A DNA stretch of 64,000 bases from the NCBI GenBank assembly GCA_964541235.1, contig CAZIPI010000002.1, positions 66,965-130,964 of the forward strand, given 5' to 3'. Below are positions 39,179 to 47,592 of the stretch, piece by piece (the first letter of the stretch is position 1; each line of letters begins with the position of its first letter). Position numbers and translations under genes: made by a program. This DNA comes from an uncultured bacterium (GTDB taxonomy: Bacteria > Fermentibacterota > Fermentibacteria > Fermentibacterales > JCC-6). The notes beneath the pieces were generated by a model that did not search any database, was not told the origin of the DNA, and saw nothing but the letters and a program-made list of their open reading frames with translations.

Positions 39179-39184
39179 CCGGCA

Positions 39185-39260
39185 TGGTAGCGGCGAAGGG
39201 ACTTGAACCCCTGACCCGCGGATTATGATTCCGCTGCTCTACCAACTGAGCTACACCGCC
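39185..39260 (-). tRNA. tRNA with CAU anticodon (elongator Met or Ile2/lysidine)
   Basis: Manual cloverleaf: GGCGGTG-TA-GCTC-AGTTGGTA-GAGC-A-GCGGA-AUCAUAA-TCCGC-GGGTC-AGGGG-TTCAAGT-CCCTT-CGCCGCT-A-CCA. 76 nt with an encoded CCA. Pairs 1 and 72 are G-U, so it is not an initiator. Confidence 0.75.
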
Positions 39261-39299
39261 GTCGAGAGCCGCAAGAATAGTACCGGACAGTGCTGTATG

Positions 39300-39608
39300 T
39301 CAAGAGCTTTCAGGCTCTGTCAGCCTCATCTTCCACATTATCCTGTCGCCGTCCGAGAGCCGTTTCAGCCTGGTGAGAGCCAGAACGAGACACACCAGGA
39401 AGGCCAGGGCTGAAACGCCCAGCAGGACAAGGATAGCCATGAGCGGAACCGGGAGATAGTACTGGAACCAGTAGGCCGTCGCAGCCACCGCCAGCAGAAT
39501 GGACGGGGATATCAGCAGCCAGGCTATGCTTCTCTGCATTCGCCCCCTCTTCTCCATCCAGCGCTGGAACATCTGGGTGCGCTGCACGTTCTCATCTGTC
39601 CCCATCAT
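39300..39608 (-). CDS. hypothetical small membrane protein
   Basis: Two TM helices (IAWLLISPSILLAVAATAYWF, LMAILVLLGVSALAFLVCLVLAL). The upstream start overlaps the preceding gene. Confidence 0.4.
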   Translation of the reverse strand: MMGTDENVQRTQMFQRWMEKRGRMQRSIAWLLISPSILLAVAATAYWFQYYLPVPLMAILVLLGVSALAFLVCLVLALTRLKRLSDGDRIMWKMRLTEPESS

Positions 39609-41340
39609 GTCTGAGCCTTTCCATAAGAAGACCGAGTACCCTGTCCCGGGCATCCGCTTCAAGGGCTCTGCCCTCGTCCTGAAGACGGAGCAGAAGCGCG
39701 GTCGCTCCGGACCATTCGATCATGCTCGCGGTCACCTTGTAGTCGCGGACCACGTCAAGCAGAGCCCTGAACCGGTGGACCTCCCCCTTCCGGCCGCAGC
39801 AGATCACGGTTGCTTCACGCCGCCCCATGTTTTCGATATCGACCCAGGCAGGCTTCTCATCCCCTTCGGAGTCCTGAATGACCCTCCGGATGGTCTCGAA
39901 TGCCAGCTGAATGTGCTGCGCCAGCTCCTCGGAAGACACCGACGCCCTGAGGAAGTCTTCCAGACGGTAGTAGAAATCCGTAACCAGCCCGTCGGGAATG
40001 TCGCGGAGTATGCCCTTGACTATCTCCAGCTGCCTTACGTCGTTCAGGCGCATCCCCTGATCGAAGTCGCGGAACTTCCCATAGGCTTCGCGGATCCCTG
40101 ACTTGATGGCCAGATAGGCGTCTTCCATGTCGTTGAACTCGCTGCGCTGGACCATGATGTCTATAACGTCAACCCATATGTCGCCGTAGAATGACGGGCT
40201 TTTGAAGCTGGAAACCGAAAGCCCGGTCTTCTCGTTGATCCTGTCCACCATTGTAAGGACCCTGTTGTCGTGCTCACGGGAATCGCTGGTGCCCTGGGTC
40301 ACCACCAGCAGTTTCAGCTTCGCGGCAAAGGTCTCGGTGGTCTCGAGGGCAAGGTAAGCCTGGTTGATCCCGGTTTCCCGGCACTCCTTCATCAACAGGG
40401 GGATGAGAGCCCTGGCGTAGTTCTCCCTGCCGCCGTACCTGTGGATGCGGACCAGTCTTTCCAGCCTGTTGGAAACCAGAAGGCTGTTCAGGGTGGCGGT
40501 TATGCAGCTGACCTCCTGGCGGGTGGCGGGAAGCCCGGAAGGACCAGACATCTCCACCCTCACCGACACTATGCCGTCAGGGGTGGTGTAGCGCCTCTGG
40601 TGCCTTATGGTGGAACCCGGCCAGGCGTAACTCAGAGCGGTGAGCAGGTTCTGGAACGAGATATCCCTCTCGTACCCTACAAGGTTGATCCCTGTCAGGT
40701 GCTCCGACTCGGTCCTGAGGTTCTTCACCTTGAACGCCGCGCGGCCCCTGCTGCGCCGGACCTTCCTTATCAGATCGTTGTTCGTCTTCACCATCCATGC
40801 CAGGTCGGAGGGTTTCCTCTCCCCAAGGTACTGGTCGCTTCTGGCGCTGATGAAGAGCACAAGCTCTCCCTTGGCGCCTGATATGTCCCTGGGAATGTTC
40901 CCTCGATATAGCGACTCGAGTTCCTCGCGGATGGCCTCGTAAACCTCAATCCTCTCCGCCGCGCGGCTCAGCAGGCTCATGGTGCCCTCCCGGCCCACGG
41001 CGAGTTTCTTCAGAAGTGTCTTCAGCCTGACCGCGTCCTGGTTGAAGGATGCCCGCTTGGCTTCGTCGGGGGTGTAGATGCCGGTGATTATCACCCCCTG
41101 CCGCCTGCCTTTGACCTCGTGAGCGAAACCGTCGATGAAGTCAAGGTTCCAGCCCAGGTGATGAAGCTCGCCGATGACGATGGAAGCCAGCCCCGCCCAG
41201 TCCCCGGCGGATACCGCCACCAGCGAATGGTTCCCGGTCTGGCGCGTAATGACCCTTACTTCGCCGTCACCCTGGTCAAGGTCGTTGAATATCTGCTTCC
41301 TGTAAGCCTGTGAGATGCTGCAGAAGCTGTTTGGTGACAT
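39592..41340 (-). CDS. multi-ACT-domain protein of unknown function
   Basis: Repeated about 70-aa units with the ACT-like pattern (LVAVSAGDWAGLASIVIGELHHLGWNL; VSVRVEMSGPSGLPATRQEVSCITATLNS; LKLLVVTQGTSDSREH...). 582 aa. Confidence 0.5.
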   Translation of the reverse strand: MSPNSFCSISQAYRKQIFNDLDQGDGEVRVITRQTGNHSLVAVSAGDWAGLASIVIGELHHLGWNLDFIDGFAHEVKGRRQGVIITGIYTPDEAKRASFNQDAVRLKTLLKKLAVGREGTMSLLSRAAERIEVYEAIREELESLYRGNIPRDISGAKGELVLFISARSDQYLGERKPSDLAWMVKTNNDLIRKVRRSRGRAAFKVKNLRTESEHLTGINLVGYERDISFQNLLTALSYAWPGSTIRHQRRYTTPDGIVSVRVEMSGPSGLPATRQEVSCITATLNSLLVSNRLERLVRIHRYGGRENYARALIPLLMKECRETGINQAYLALETTETFAAKLKLLVVTQGTSDSREHDNRVLTMVDRINEKTGLSVSSFKSPSFYGDIWVDVIDIMVQRSEFNDMEDAYLAIKSGIREAYGKFRDFDQGMRLNDVRQLEIVKGILRDIPDGLVTDFYYRLEDFLRASVSSEELAQHIQLAFETIRRVIQDSEGDEKPAWVDIENMGRREATVICCGRKGEVHRFRALLDVVRDYKVTASMIEWSGATALLLRLQDEGRALEADARDRVLGLLMERLRHDGDR

Positions 41341-41351
41341 CCCCGCCTTCC

Positions 41352-41380
41352 TTGACGCTGGATTGCCCGTGCCTTAGTAT
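41352..41380 (+). promoter_or_regulatory. sigma70-like promoter candidate for tRNA-Val
   Basis: TTGACG, a 17-nt spacer, then TAGTAT, ending about 12 nt before the mature tRNA 5' end. Confidence 0.4.
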
Positions 41381-41391
41381 GCCGCCGCCGA

Positions 41392-41467
41392 GGGCGAATA
41401 ACTCAGCTGGCTAGAGTGCCTGCCTTACAAGCAGGATGCCGGGGGTTCAAGTCCCTCTTCGCCCACC
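41392..41467 (+). tRNA. tRNA-Val (UAC)
   Basis: Manual fold: GGGCGAA-TA-ACTC-AGCTGGCTA-GAGT-G-CCTGC-CUUACAA-GCAGG-ATGCC-GGGGG-TTCAAGT-CCCTC-TTCGCCC-A-CCA. Confidence 0.75.
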
Positions 41468-41502
41468 ATTGTCAAGGGGGTGAGGCCGGAACCTCACCCC
41501 CT

Positions 41503-42246
41503 TCAGCGTGCGAACCTGAATCCTGCGTACCAACATCGGTCACCTGATGCAAACACCCTGCACCAGCCTATCGTCATGGCATCCTCGTCCTGCGCCCAGC
41601 TGCCGCCCTTGAGTACGAAGGATGAGTCATCCAGGACGATCTCCGCCACATTACCGGCAAGATCGGCAAAACCAGCCTGCGACAGCGGGTACGATCCGAC
41701 GGGGGCCGTGTAGGGAAACCCGTCGGCGTCGCGCTGTTCCCATTCGCCCAGGGCAAGGTAGTTGCCGGGAATACCGGGAGCCTCTTCAGGGGTCAGGCGT
41801 CCCCAGACGAACTGGGATCCGATGTCACCCGTGAGACCCCGGGAAGCGGCGTACTCCCACTCGTCCTGTGTGGGAAGCCTGAGCCCCAGGGCAGCAGCCA
41901 CCCTTGAAGCCTCGTCGGGGCTCACATTGACCACCGGATGCCCCGGCATCTCGGACACGTAATCGGAAACGCCGGGAAAACGCGGGTCGGGAGGCATTTC
42001 GACCCGGGCGGCCTGTGCGGCGCCGGCGTAGAACCTGTTGGTGACTTCGCAGGCCATGAGGCTGAACGTTTCCACATTCACAGAGACGCCTGAGGAGTTG
42101 GTGAAGGACCCGCCGGGGACCAGGACGAACAGCGTGTCCTCCCTGGTCATGGGTCCCACTGCCAGCGGGGACGTGTTCTCATTGCCGTCGCCGCACGCTG
42201 ACAGCATGGCGAGAATACAGACGACCAGGAAAAGGAGCCTTTTCAC
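41503..42246 (-). CDS. formylglycine-generating enzyme (SUMF1/FGE) domain lipoprotein
   Basis: FGE-sulfatase family motifs (RLPTQDEWEYAA, LAGNVAEIV, GGSWAQD...RCWYAGFRFAR). Lipobox LAMLSACG, so a probable GTG start at ~42246. The ORF-track start at 42363 overlaps the upstream gene. Confidence 0.7.
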   Translation of the reverse strand: MKRLLFLVVCILAMLSACGDGNENTSPLAVGPMTREDTLFVLVPGGSFTNSSGVSVNVETFSLMACEVTNRFYAGAAQAARVEMPPDPRFPGVSDYVSEMPGHPVVNVSPDEASRVAAALGLRLPTQDEWEYAASRGLTGDIGSQFVWGRLTPEEAPGIPGNYLALGEWEQRDADGFPYTAPVGSYPLSQAGFADLAGNVAEIVLDDSSFVLKGGSWAQDEDAMTIGWCRVFASGDRCWYAGFRFAR

Positions 42247-42488
42247 CGGGTCCCGTTCCCGCCCCCCGGACGGACGATGATACCAAGGGGGATCATCACG
42301 CAGTATCCAAGGATCAGCAGTATCGGCGAGACAGACACGTGTCCGGCCCTGAGAAGGAACCATCCCAGCGTGATCACCAGCAGGCCCGCTATGAAAAGAA
42401 CATAGTTGAGAGTTCCCAGGGGTGCTTCTTCCACGCTTCCCTTGTCGCCCTTTTTCGATTCTGCGCCAGTCTTCTTACCGGAAGCCAT
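42243..42488 (-). CDS. small two-TM membrane protein
   Basis: MASGKKTGAESKKGDKG... then two hydrophobic helices. Lies directly upstream of the FGE lipoprotein. Confidence 0.4.
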   Translation of the reverse strand: MASGKKTGAESKKGDKGSVEEAPLGTLNYVLFIAGLLVITLGWFLLRAGHVSVSPILLILGYCVMIPLGIIVRPGGGNGTR

Positions 42489-42546
42489 ATCCTTCCCTTC
42501 AGCAGTCAGTGTTCGGGTAGTAATTTACACATTTCCCACGGAAAAG

Positions 42547-43755
42547 TCAGGTGCTGACCCAACCGTGCCTTTCAGCCTGAAGTATGGCCTCTCCAACCAC
42601 GAAGAAGCTTCCGGTCACGAGCATTCTTCCGTGCCCGCAGAACTCCCGGCAGTCAGCAAGGGCCTCTTCGATGGAGGGGCAGGGAACGCACCTGACTCCC
42701 GCACGTTCAAAGGCCAGTGAGAGTTCCCGTGCCGGAAGCATTCTCTCGCTCAGTGGAGTCACCGCGAACACCGGACCCACTGAACCCGCCAGCATGTCAA
42801 CCATTCTCTGCCACGGTTTGTCGGCAAGGAACCCTATGACGGCCGGAACCGGTTTCTCCCACTCCCGGATGTGACACAGAAGGGCCTCCATGGACTCGGG
42901 ATTGTGCGCCACGTCGAAGAGCACCTGAGGGTCTCCCTGTCTCATGTCAAGCCTTCCCGGCCACATGAGCCCCGTGGAGCACAGGTTGTCGTACACAGCC
43001 GCTATCTCATCGGCCTTCCCGGGGAACAACTCGATGGCGGCCGCAAGGGCGAGACCGCCGTTCAGCTTCTGATGACCGCCGGGCAGCGGGGCTCTCGAGA
43101 CGTGAGCGGGGCCGATGCGGCGCAGATGCAGGCGGCTCACGGCCTCCTCGATCACAGCCTCCACGTCCTCGGACTGCGGGGCAGCAACGAGAAGCGTCCC
43201 CTCGCCGGCTATGGCCACCTTTTCGGTGGCGATAAGCGGTCTTGTGGCGCCAAGGATCCTGCTGTGCTCGATCTGGACCCCGGTGAAGACCGAGGCTTCG
43301 CCGCTGAACACCCTTGTGGCGTCCAGTCGGCCTCCAAGCCCTGCCTCGGCGATGACCCATTGGGCTCCCTGCCGGGCGAAATACCAGGCAGCCATTGCAG
43401 TGGTTATCTCGAAGAAGGTTGCCGAATACTTCTGGATCTGCGCCCGGTGGTCGGTCACGAACCTTGCTGCGTCCTCTTCCGGGATCCACCTGTCATCAAG
43501 GTTGATCCGCTCCCTGTAGCTCAGCAGGTGAGGGGAGGTGTTGTGCCCCACCCTCAGTCCCAGCCCGCGGCCGATGGCGGCAAGCATGGCGGTCGTGCTG
43601 CCCTTGCCGTTGGTGCCCACTACGTGCACGGTCCTGAAGGCCTTCTGCGGACTGCCCATGGCCTCCATGAGAGCCTGCATACGGTCAAGGTTGTACTTCA
43701 TTCCAAGTCGTCTTCTGCTGAAAAGCCACTTCTCCGCAGTCGAGTAGTTCATCGC
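42547..43755 (-). CDS. folC: dihydrofolate synthase / folylpolyglutamate synthase
   Basis: Mur-ligase P-loop VVGTNGKGSTTAMLAAI. Start MNYSTAEKW at ~43755. The ORF-track start at 44130 is inside the upstream gene. Confidence 0.85.
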   Translation of the reverse strand, partial: AMNYSTAEKWLFSRRRLGMKYNLDRMQALMEAMGSPQKAFRTVHVVGTNGKGSTTAMLAAIGRGLGLRVGHNTSPHLLSYRERINLDDRWIPEEDAARFVTDHRAQIQKYSATFFEITTAMAAWYFARQGAQWVIAEAGLGGRLDATRVFSGEASVFTGVQIEHSRILGATRPLIATEKVAIAGEGTLLVAAPQSEDVEAVIEEAVSRLHLRRIGPAHVSRAPLPGGHQKLNGGLALAAAIELFPGKADEIAAVYDNLCSTGLMWPGRLDMRQGDPQVLFDVAHNPESMEALLCHIREWEKPVPAVIGFLADKPWQRMVDMLAGSVGPVFAVTPLSERMLPARELSLAFERAGVRCVPCPSIEEALADCREFCGHGRMLVTGSFFVVGEAILQAERHGWVST

Positions 43756-45095
43756 ACCAGCTCTTTCACCAGTTCCGGCAGATAGTTCCTCTGCCTTACG
43801 GAAACACGTTCCTGGGCTTTCAGGACCTCTGTGTGTCCCACGCTGTCGCCCTGTTCCACCTCGTTCGTCACAAGAGCCAGCCCCAGCACACGGCACCCCT
43901 GTGCGGCAAGCGCCATGGCCTCCTGCGCCGTTGACATCGAGACCACGGAGACTCCTGATTCCCTCAGAAGGGTGACCTCCGCCCCGGTCTCGTACGCCGG
44001 CCCGGAAACGCACCCGAAAACCCCGGGAAGGACAGGGGCCGCCATGGAAGCGCCCTTCTCCAGAGCCATGGCCGCAAGGCCAGGTGAGTACGGGGAACCT
44101 GCAGGGCAGGCAGGAGAAGCCGGAGTGCACCCCGAAAGGTTGACATGATCGGTTATCACCACGGCATCTCCGGTCCTCAAACCTTCATGCAGAGCCCCGG
44201 CTGAGGTGGTGAGCAGCCAGGAATCCACTCCCATCGAGGCCAGGGCCGAAGGAAGAAGGCATACCTGATCGCCGTCGTAGCCCTGGTAGTGATGCCTTCT
44301 GCCCATGAGGTACACAGTGTCGCCCCCGTGATCAAGAAGGAGCTTTCCCTGATGCCCTTTGACATGCTCGCCTTCCATGCCCGGGATGGAGGCGAAGGGT
44401 ATCGAGAGCCCCGGCTCCGTGACGGCCGCAAGCCAGCCCAGGCCGGAACCCAGCACCACTCCTGCCCGGGGGACCCTGCCGCCCAGCAGGTCCAGTATCC
44501 GTCCGGCGGCCCCCGCCACTCCAGGAACAGGGGTCATCCCCCTCTCCATGCATACCGCATTGCCGCCGTCATCGTAGAAGCCTGAAAGGGTGCACTCACT
44601 GCGGAACCCCAGCCTGCTGTAAACCGACAGGGCCCCCAGGGAACCCTCTCTGACCTCCAGCCGGGCCCTGCGGCAGCCGCGCATGCCCCCCCAATGAAGT
44701 GCCCGGGAGAGAAGCGCCGAACCGACGCCTCTTCTGCGGAACCCCGGCGCTACCCCGATGGAGATCACATGCAATTCCGGTGGATCGCCTGTATCGGCGG
44801 AAACACATCCCACCAGCTCCCTGTCGTGAAAGGCTCCAAGGGAAAGGCTTCCCGGCCTGCGGCCAAGGACTCCCCGCAGAATGGACCGGCTCCAGAACTC
44901 ATGGGGAAAGCAGGCTCTTTCCAGCGCGGCCACCCTGTCCAGATGTGACAGGCCAATTCGTCTGATCTCAGTGACCAATCCGGCCGGCTTCCTGCATGAA
45001 CCCCCTGAGGTAAAGGGGTTCAGGGTTCCTGTCGAAGCCCTCGGCAGCGGCCAGAAGTCCTCCCAGTTCCGCGCACAGCGACGCATCGGGGTCAT
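43749..45095 (-). CDS. rimI: RimI-type GNAT acetyltransferase fused to a purine nucleoside phosphorylase (PNP/MTAP family)
   Basis: N-terminal GNAT (HVISIGVAPGFRRRGVGSALL). C-terminal PNP fold (VVLGSGLG, GHQGKLLLDHGG, ITDHVNLSG, SGPAYETGAE, VVSMSTAQEA). Start ambiguous, between 45005 and 45095, overlapping tsaB. Confidence 0.75.
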   Translation of the reverse strand: MTPMRRCARNWEDFWPLPRASTGTLNPFTSGGSCRKPAGLVTEIRRIGLSHLDRVAALERACFPHEFWSRSILRGVLGRRPGSLSLGAFHDRELVGCVSADTGDPPELHVISIGVAPGFRRRGVGSALLSRALHWGGMRGCRRARLEVREGSLGALSVYSRLGFRSECTLSGFYDDGGNAVCMERGMTPVPGVAGAAGRILDLLGGRVPRAGVVLGSGLGWLAAVTEPGLSIPFASIPGMEGEHVKGHQGKLLLDHGGDTVYLMGRRHHYQGYDGDQVCLLPSALASMGVDSWLLTTSAGALHEGLRTGDAVVITDHVNLSGCTPASPACPAGSPYSPGLAAMALEKGASMAAPVLPGVFGCVSGPAYETGAEVTLLRESGVSVVSMSTAQEAMALAAQGCRVLGLALVTNEVEQGDSVGHTEVLKAQERVSVRQRNYLPELVKELVR

Positions 45096-45633
45096 CCATG
45101 GATGGGGGCAGCCATGAAAAACCGGCTTCCCGCATCTCCGTCCTGCCTGAGCCCACGAGCAAAGGTGAACTGCACATGACCATGGCCGAAAGCTCATCGG
45201 CGCTGTAGATGCCGGCGGGTATCAGCTCTTTCGAGAAGGGGTCGGCCGAGCCGTACAGAGAGGCGAAGACCTCGCCCTTCCGCGCCCGCATTGCCACGAG
45301 AACCGGGGTTGTGACTCCGGTCCCGAAGGAGATGAGCCTGAGGGTCGGAACTCCCTTCACGGGTACGCCCCACCCGGCGGAAAGCCCCCGGGCTGTGGCC
45401 GCGGCTATTCTCAGGCCGGTGTAGGAACCCGGCCCGAGAACGAACGCAATGCCGTCCAGCCGGCGTCCAACGGTTCCTGATCGAGCCAGCGCATCCTCAA
45501 CGGAGACCAGAAGTGTCTCGGATGTGGATACAGCGTCGTCCAGGGGTCTCATGACGGCGGTGAGCCCTTCTCCGACCACAGCCACAGCCCCGGGGCACGA
45601 AACGGTGTCAATCCCCAGCCATGCGCCTCTCAA
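44968..45633 (-). CDS. tsaB: tRNA t6A biosynthesis protein TsaB (YeaZ)
   Basis: 221 aa, Kae1-like inactive homolog pattern (LGIDTV, GPGSYTGLRIAAATARGL). Confidence 0.8.
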   Translation of the reverse strand: MRGAWLGIDTVSCPGAVAVVGEGLTAVMRPLDDAVSTSETLLVSVEDALARSGTVGRRLDGIAFVLGPGSYTGLRIAAATARGLSAGWGVPVKGVPTLRLISFGTGVTTPVLVAMRARKGEVFASLYGSADPFSKELIPAGIYSADELSAMVMCSSPLLVGSGRTEMREAGFSWLPPSMDDPDASLCAELGGLLAAAEGFDRNPEPLYLRGFMQEAGRIGH

Positions 45634-46048
45634 CGGTGACCTCTCTCACTGACGGGTCAGCCCCGCACCTAAGATGGACATGCAGACCCGGAAGCTCGGC
45701 CAGGTTCCCCAGCCTGTCCGCCCATTCGACAATGACCACTGCCATTGATTCCAGAATCTCGTCGAATCCCAGCATGGACATCTCTGCGGGTTTTCCGCTC
45801 AGTCGGAACAGGTCCATGTGATGGACCTCGAATCCCTCAAGGCTGTACACAGCGTCCATGATGTAGGATGGGCTGGGAACAGGGCCGCAAACTCCCAGCG
45901 CCCTGATCACTGCCCTGGCGAAGGTGCTCTTTCCCGAGCCGAGGTCGCCCACCAGGAAGATACGGTCTCCTGGTGCGAGACAACCGGCAAGCGTCCTTCC
46001 AAGGGCCTCGAGACCCTTCTCGTCAAGGGTGAACCGGCCTTCCGTCAC
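45608..46048 (-). CDS. tsaE: tRNA t6A biosynthesis ATPase TsaE (YjeE)
   Basis: P-loop LVGDLGSGKSTFARAV. 146 aa. Confidence 0.85.
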   Translation of the reverse strand: MTEGRFTLDEKGLEALGRTLAGCLAPGDRIFLVGDLGSGKSTFARAVIRALGVCGPVPSPSYIMDAVYSLEGFEVHHMDLFRLSGKPAEMSMLGFDEILESMAVVIVEWADRLGNLAELPGLHVHLRCGADPSVREVTVERRMAGD

Positions 46049-47592
46049 ATGACCTTCCTGGAGGTGAGCACATCGCAGGGCACGATCATCTCATCCATGG
46101 AAATCCCCCCGTGCTGGAAGGAGCCTCTGAAATTGTGCATGTCTTCCCTGGCCACATGCTCGTGGAAGAGAAGGTAGTCACCCCTGGCGAGGACATAGGA
46201 CTTCCGGGGATTGTCGTCGGGAAGCCCCCACACTGCCGGCTGCCTGATCACAAGCGCCTGTCTGGGGTCGCCGGAAAGGGAGAGGCCGAACCTGTATCTG
46301 ACGCTGCTGGACATTCCCCTGGCTCCCCTGACCCATGCGATCCGTCCCGCCTGAACGCTTCCGTGGTCGCTGGTGACGATTACGGTGGCGCCCCTGGCGC
46401 TAAGGGTGAGAAGCATCTCCCTGAGGAACGAGCTTCTGAACCATGATTCCGCAAGGGCGCGGAAGCTCTTCACGTCCGGCGCCAGGTCGCGTATCAGGTC
46501 AAGCTCGCTCCTGCCGTGGGTAAGGTGATCTATGTAGTTCACCACCATGGCGAAGAACCCGTGCTTCAGGAAGTGGGAGAGCCCTTTCCTGATGTTGTCG
46601 CCTTCTCTCTTGTTGGAAGCCTTGAGATAGACGGAGTTTTCCGCTCCGCTCCAGCCCAGCCTCTTCAGGGCGTCAACAAGGAGCTTCGGTTCATTCCTGT
46701 TGAGCCCGGGAGCCCCGTACTCCTCCACCCAGTCACTCCTGTAGAAGCGGGCGATATCCCGGGGGAGAAGACCGCTGAAGATGGAGTTCCTGCTGTAGGG
46801 CGTGGCGGAAGGCAGGCCGGCCAGCATGAAACCGGGCTCGCGGTGGAACCACTTCTCGATCTCGCGGGTCATGAGGAGCCACTGGTCGTAGCGCATGCAG
46901 TCTATCACCAGCACCACAAGTTCACCCGGATCGTCGAGCCTGGGCACCACCATCCTCTCAAGGAAGTTGTGGGACATCACCGGCCCGTCCCTGGACGAGA
47001 TCCAGTCACGGTAGTTGTCCTCCACGAACTTCGAAAACTCCATCTGAAGCTGCTCGAGACCCACACCCTGGAAGCTGCCGAAGTCAGTAGCGAGATGGCC
47101 CCGTGTGCTGATGTCCTTCTCGATCCAGTTGGAGTAGAGATGAACCCAGTCTCCCAGAGAACGGTCGCGGGACAGCCTTAGAGCCTCGGCTTCATGGATC
47201 ACTTCCATGGCGGCCTGCTGGAGCTTCAGCTTCCCCGATGTGAGCAGCTTCTTCACCACCAGGAGTATCTGGCTGGGGTTCACCGGTTTTGTCAGGAAAT
47301 CCGCCACGGTGCCCGTCAGAGCCCGGTCCATCAGCTCCTCTTCCTCGCTCTGGGTCACCATCACTATGGGAAGCTCCCTGTAGCTTCTTCTGATCTCGGC
47401 AACTGTCTCCAGTCCGTCCATCCCCACCATCATCTGGTCCAGCAGGACCAGGTCTATCCTTCTGTTCCTCAGAATCTCCAGCGCAGCCCTGCCGCTTTCC
47501 GCGGTCAGGACCGTATAGCCGCGCTTCTCGAGGAACCGGATGTGCGGCGTGAGATGGTTGATCTCGTCATCCACCCAGAGCACCTTCAGCAA
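46045..47592 (-). CDS. response regulator with a C-terminal PglZ (alkaline-phosphatase-like) domain, PorX-type
   Basis: Receiver domain (VLWVDDE, LVLLDQMM, K in TKP). The ~380-aa C-terminal domain shows PglZ-like features (VIDCMRYDQW, TSDHG). TTG start 4 nt before the kinase stop. Confidence 0.7.
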   Translation of the reverse strand: MLKVLWVDDEINHLTPHIRFLEKRGYTVLTAESGRAALEILRNRRIDLVLLDQMMVGMDGLETVAEIRRSYRELPIVMVTQSEEEELMDRALTGTVADFLTKPVNPSQILLVVKKLLTSGKLKLQQAAMEVIHEAEALRLSRDRSLGDWVHLYSNWIEKDISTRGHLATDFGSFQGVGLEQLQMEFSKFVEDNYRDWISSRDGPVMSHNFLERMVVPRLDDPGELVVLVIDCMRYDQWLLMTREIEKWFHREPGFMLAGLPSATPYSRNSIFSGLLPRDIARFYRSDWVEEYGAPGLNRNEPKLLVDALKRLGWSGAENSVYLKASNKREGDNIRKGLSHFLKHGFFAMVVNYIDHLTHGRSELDLIRDLAPDVKSFRALAESWFRSSFLREMLLTLSARGATVIVTSDHGSVQAGRIAWVRGARGMSSSVRYRFGLSLSGDPRQALVIRQPAVWGLPDDNPRKSYVLARGDYLLFHEHVAREDMHNFRGSFQHGGISMDEMIVPCDVLTSRKVM

